A stretch of 64,000 nt of DNA, from assembly GCA_039802605.1 (NCBI GenBank), contig JBDRWW010000003.1, positions 86,444-150,443 on the forward strand, given 5' to 3'. The stretch comes from a candidate division WOR-3 bacterium (GTDB lineage: Bacteria; Hydrothermota; Hydrothermia; LBFQ01). Position 1 is the first letter of the stretch. The number at the start of each line of letters is the position of its first letter. The notes under the pieces were generated by a model. That model was not told the origin of the DNA and did no database searches. It worked only from the letters and a program-made list of their open reading frames with translations. A program made the translations under genes and the position numbers. Of the stretch, positions 60,636 to 64,000 are shown one piece after another.

Positions 60636-61003
60636 TGCGGAGTGGAAGGGTTTGGTTTTTACATATGATGGCCGGGGCGGTATTGTTTATACTTTTAACG
60701 GGACATATAGCCCTAATGCACTTTTCACCCGGCACGGCAGCACCCTGGTACAGCCCCGAAAACCCTTTGAGTTGGCAAAACGTTTTGGCGAGGACAAAGG
60801 ATCTGTTTAACGCTATAATATACACACTTTTTATAGGTTTTGGCCTTTTTCACGGTTTTTACGGCCTTTTTGGGGTTTTAGCCGAAACCAACACCCTAAG
60901 GCCTTATAGGAGGTTAATAGGGGGGTTCCTTTTGGTTTTTGGGATTTTACTCTTCCTTTACGGAACCATTACCACATGGTATGCCTTCTTCTATCTCAAA
61001 TAA
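60635..61003 (+). CDS. Succinate dehydrogenase/fumarate reductase membrane anchor (SdhD-like)
   Basis: WFLHMMAG, H...MH, FHGFYGL; 3 TM helices. Confidence 0.75.
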   Translation: MRSGRVWFLHMMAGAVLFILLTGHIALMHFSPGTAAPWYSPENPLSWQNVLARTKDLFNAIIYTLFIGFGLFHGFYGLFGVLAETNTLRPYRRLIGGFLLVFGILLFLYGTITTWYAFFYLK

Positions 61004-61311
61004 CCATAGACAGTGTAAATTTGTTAATATCGTCCGGTTATAAAGTTTTATTCGTTGATGTCCGAAGTGAGAGCTTTTATAAAAATTTTCCCATAATACC
61101 CAATGCGATGAACCTCCCCTATGACAGGATTTTGGAAGGTTATAACCCGCCTGGGGGATACGATTTTTATATTACCGTTTGTGGTTGCACGAGGGGGGGT
61201 ATAGGTTTAAAGGCGGCGGAATTGTTAAACAAGAGGGGATTTAAGGCGTTATGGTTAAAGAGGGATGGAAAGGAGATTGAAAATAAAGAGGATAATGTTT
61301 CTGGCGGGTAG
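60976..61311 (+). CDS. Rhodanese-like domain protein
   Basis: FVDVR, IPNAMNLP, ITVCGCTRGG, AAELLNKRGF. Confidence 0.7.
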   Translation: MVCLLLSQITIDSVNLLISSGYKVLFVDVRSESFYKNFPIIPNAMNLPYDRILEGYNPPGGYDFYITVCGCTRGGIGLKAAELLNKRGFKALWLKRDGKEIENKEDNVSGG

Positions 61312-61516
61312 GAGGGCATCAAACGAGATGGAGGTTTTACTTTCAAAGGTCTTAAATAATTTGGATTTGGAAAATTTGGATGATGAAGGGCTTGATAGGG
61401 TTTTAAATTTGGTTTCCATGAACGATATGGAATTGAGGGATATACTCTACGGGTTTAAGGAACCACCCGAAGGTTTGAAGGATTTGGTTGATAAAATCAA
61501 AGGGGTTATCGCTTAG
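61265..61516 (+). CDS. SdhE/Sdh5-like flavinylation assembly factor
   Basis: KRIMFLAGRRASNEMEVLL...NDMELRDIL.G resembles the RGxxExD family; near the SdhD-like gene. Confidence 0.6.
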   Translation: MERRLKIKRIMFLAGRRASNEMEVLLSKVLNNLDLENLDDEGLDRVLNLVSMNDMELRDILYGFKEPPEGLKDLVDKIKGVIA

Positions 61517-63131
61517 GTTTTACCTTTCTCCAAAAAACGAAAAATGTCAATACCAAAAGCCCTAAGGTTATAATAGTTGTCCAATTTGGCGCCTCCGGAA
61601 ACTTCCAACCCAAAAAACCTATTCCAATAGCAAACAAAACGCTAACTATTCCGTCTCCCGCTATAATTCCCGAAGGTAAAATGTTTTCACCTTCCCCCCT
61701 CATCAACTTGGAAATTATGCCCCCCAGCAACAAACCACCCGACAGGTGTAATGGTAAATACAAACCAACCGCAAAGGGTAAAACCGGAACCCCAAGCATA
61801 TATGCGGCCAAGGCTATCATGCCGCCTATGTTTATCAAATTCCAATCTATTGAACCCTCAAAAATACCCTGAGTAATCGTACCTATTAGGACACCCTGAG
61901 GGGATGGCAACTTTTCGCTCCCAAAACCGTATATGCTCCCCAATAACGAGATAACCCATGTAATTAGCGCAAAGGAAACGGCTATACCTATGAATTCCCC
62001 TATGAACTGATATTTTGGTGTTGCACCCACGATATAACCCGTTTTTAAATCCTGAATTATATCGCCCGCTATTGAGGCGGCCGAGGCTACAAAACTCGCA
62101 AAGGCCAAAACCGAAACTATGCTGTTAAGCCCCAAGAGTTTAAAGATTAGGGCTACTATAACCAAGGATGCTATTGTCATACCGGATATTGGATTTGAGG
62201 ATGAACCCACTATTGCCGTTGTGCTTGCGGACACATAAGCAAAAATTACACCGAATAAAGAACCCAATACTCCACCCATTAATCCGAGTTCGGGTATTAT
62301 TAAACCCGCCAATGCCCCCAAAACCACACCGGCAAGCAGCACGATGAAAGTCCTCAAATTCCTTAAATGCGAGTATATTTTAAAGATTACCTTAATAAAC
62401 TCAATGATACCCCCCACCAAAACGGCCCCGGCACCTATAAACCTTATATACTTACTCCAAATTTCCAATGATTCTCCGTTGAAGAAAGGCATCAAGGCCC
62501 ACCAACCCATAACACCACCCGCGGCCACCATAAGGGATGTCCTAAAACCTATTATAGCGCCGGCACCCACAACCGCGGGAGAAAGCTCAAGTGCAAGGGG
62601 TTTGTTAAAAATACTTGAAAAGTACGAAGAAGCCAATAACCCCAAAGATTGTAATACCCTTATTAATCCACCCGATAATGCCCCCGCTATAACCAATTTC
62701 CCGCCCTCTATTTCCCTACTCTTTAAAACAACCGCACAGGCTCTCCCTTCGGGAAAGGGCAAACTTTCATCTTCAACGAGTTCCCTTCTGAAAACCATAC
62801 CGGCCAATATCCCCACACCTCCACCTATTAAAACCAAAAACCCTATGCTATAAGGGTGAAAACCCAAAGATAGTATAAAAAAAGGGGGTAAAGTAAATGA
62901 CAAAGCCGCCGCCAAGGATTCACCGGCCGATGCAATGGTCTGAACTATGTTTGCTTCTAGGATTGTACCCCTTTTGTAAAACATCGAAAATATTGCCAAG
63001 GCGCCAACCGCCGCGGGTATTGACGCGGATACGGTCATTCCAGCCTTCAAGGCCAAATAGGCGTTTGATACGCCAAAAAGGATGCTCAAAAAGGCACCGA
63101 TTATTACGGCGTTTGGAGAAAATTCCCTCAC
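61506..63131 (-). CDS. OPT family oligopeptide transporter
   Basis: YLALKAGMTVSASIP, NIVQT, LPFPEG, GSSSNPISGMTI, QDLKTGYIVGATP. Confidence 0.92.
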   Translation of the reverse strand: MREFSPNAVIIGAFLSILFGVSNAYLALKAGMTVSASIPAAVGALAIFSMFYKRGTILEANIVQTIASAGESLAAALSFTLPPFFILSLGFHPYSIGFLVLIGGGVGILAGMVFRRELVEDESLPFPEGRACAVVLKSREIEGGKLVIAGALSGGLIRVLQSLGLLASSYFSSIFNKPLALELSPAVVGAGAIIGFRTSLMVAAGGVMGWWALMPFFNGESLEIWSKYIRFIGAGAVLVGGIIEFIKVIFKIYSHLRNLRTFIVLLAGVVLGALAGLIIPELGLMGGVLGSLFGVIFAYVSASTTAIVGSSSNPISGMTIASLVIVALIFKLLGLNSIVSVLAFASFVASAASIAGDIIQDLKTGYIVGATPKYQFIGEFIGIAVSFALITWVISLLGSIYGFGSEKLPSPQGVLIGTITQGIFEGSIDWNLINIGGMIALAAYMLGVPVLPFAVGLYLPLHLSGGLLLGGIISKLMRGEGENILPSGIIAGDGIVSVLFAIGIGFLGWKFPEAPNWTTIITLGLLVLTFFVFWRKVKPKR

Positions 63132-63766
63132 TTTTTGAGAGGTTTTATAATATAAACCAATTCCCCCGTTTTGGATTTTATACCTTTATCCTTTATCCTG
63201 AGCCTTTCCAAGGTATAACCGAGATTTTTTAGGTATTTCTTTACGTAATTCACCTCTTCTACCATAATAGGGGCATCGTATACGATTTCATCTTTGCCCT
63301 GCTGTTTCATTATTTGTAGCAATGCCTTAGCCTTGTTTATAGCCCTTCCTATCCTCCTCCTCCTGTAATGCGCTATATCAAAATTAACCCTTATCGTGGG
63401 CTTTCTCTTATTCACTATGGCCTTTAATATGTAGTTTAGTTCCCGGAGTATCCTACCCCTGTTCCCTATCAGGGTGCTATCCAGTTCCTGTATGTTAAAA
63501 TTCACATAATATCTGCCCTCTTCGTCTATGTCTATATCCACGCTTCCCTTTACCCCAAGGCGGTGTAAAAATTCCCTCGCTATCTCATCCAAAATATCAA
63601 AATCTTCGGTATCAAGGAATATCCTAACCTTTGCCTTTTGGCTGCCCGGGGGCAACCTAAGAACCTTATACCTTATTTCGGAAATATCTTTGGCGTTTTC
63701 TTTGAGGAATTTTTCCAAGGCCTCTTCAACACTATTACCCTCTACATCCACATAACGGGCTCTCAT
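63128..63766 (-). CDS. jag: Jag/KhpB (EloR)-like RNA-binding protein
   Basis: Jag_N EGNSVEEAL; KH LIGNRGRILREL; DIAHYRRRR. Confidence 0.75.
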   Translation of the reverse strand: MRARYVDVEGNSVEEALEKFLKENAKDISEIRYKVLRLPPGSQKAKVRIFLDTEDFDILDEIAREFLHRLGVKGSVDIDIDEEGRYYVNFNIQELDSTLIGNRGRILRELNYILKAIVNKRKPTIRVNFDIAHYRRRRIGRAINKAKALLQIMKQQGKDEIVYDAPIMVEEVNYVKKYLKNLGYTLERLRIKDKGIKSKTGELVYIIKPLKK

Positions 63767-63820
63767 TGGTGGGAATAATAAGGCTGAAAAGTTTGATGTT
63801 GAGGGGTGTTCTGATACCCC

Positions 63821-63848
63821 TTGACAAAAAACTTTTTAACCTTAAAAT
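63821..63848 (+). promoter_or_regulatory. Sigma70 promoter
   Basis: TTGACA, 16 nt, TAAAAT, 9 nt, ATG 63858. Confidence 0.8.
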
Positions 63849-63857
63849 ACTTTTCTT

Positions 63858-64000
63858 ATGGCAATGGTAGCATTAATAACATCCTTGCCGCTGGGAGGCA
63901 TAACCCCAAAGCCCGACAAAAGGGCTGGGGAGATATACGAGGAAGGTATAAGTATGCTCTTCACACAGAATGTAGGGCAAATACCAAACCACGAGGTAGT
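63858..64000 (+). CDS. Start of a probable exported protein (FxxNxGQ motif seen at the N-terminus of SBBP-repeat proteins); truncated by the window
   Basis: MAMVALITSLPLGGITPKPDKRAGEIYEEGISMLFTQNVGQIPNHEV. Confidence 0.55.
   Translation, partial: MAMVALITSLPLGGITPKPDKRAGEIYEEGISMLFTQNVGQIPNHEV

Noticed and set aside
804..63755. Numerous short antisense or alternate-frame ORFs in the track (e.g. 804-1112, 7169-7654, 36122-36598, 58365-58916, 62344-62853)
   Set aside because: They are shadows of well-supported genes, with no motifs and a composition typical of reverse-frame translation.
1..64000. CRISPR arrays, IS elements, integrases, prophage genes, rRNA
   Set aside because: No regularly spaced repeats or recognisable motifs were found by eye.

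Overview
A gene-dense chromosomal window (roughly 40% GC by eye) from a diderm, probably thermophilic bacterium. BamA, PorX, T9SS-type C-terminal sorting domains, class II RNR and polyamine genes are consistent with an FCB-related lineage such as candidate phylum WOR-3; this placement is inference. It holds about 60 CDS, mostly housekeeping genes pulled out of their usual operons (nuoH, ftsW, mraY, sdhD, ccmC/ccmF, tsaE, jag), three tRNAs (Val-GAC, Ile2/Met-CAT, Ala-CGC) and one small accessory island (~46.6-49.5 kb) with ORF remnants and a type II R-M pair. No CRISPR array, rRNA, IS or prophage was seen. The strongest signals are systemic. (1) Predicted exported proteins, including BamA, start with ultra-short (~6-10 aa), mostly uncharged hydrophobic N-termini that often end at (S/L)Q. 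In several cases upstream stops or promoters rule out a longer signal peptide. (2) About 27 genes have a -10 box 6-10 nt upstream of the start codon with no Shine-Dalgarno (near-leaderless mRNAs), and stop codons are reused as -10 boxes. (3) Two CDSs begin 1-3 nt after a tRNA 3' end, resembling tRNA punctuation. All product calls come from motif recognition by eye, not database searches.
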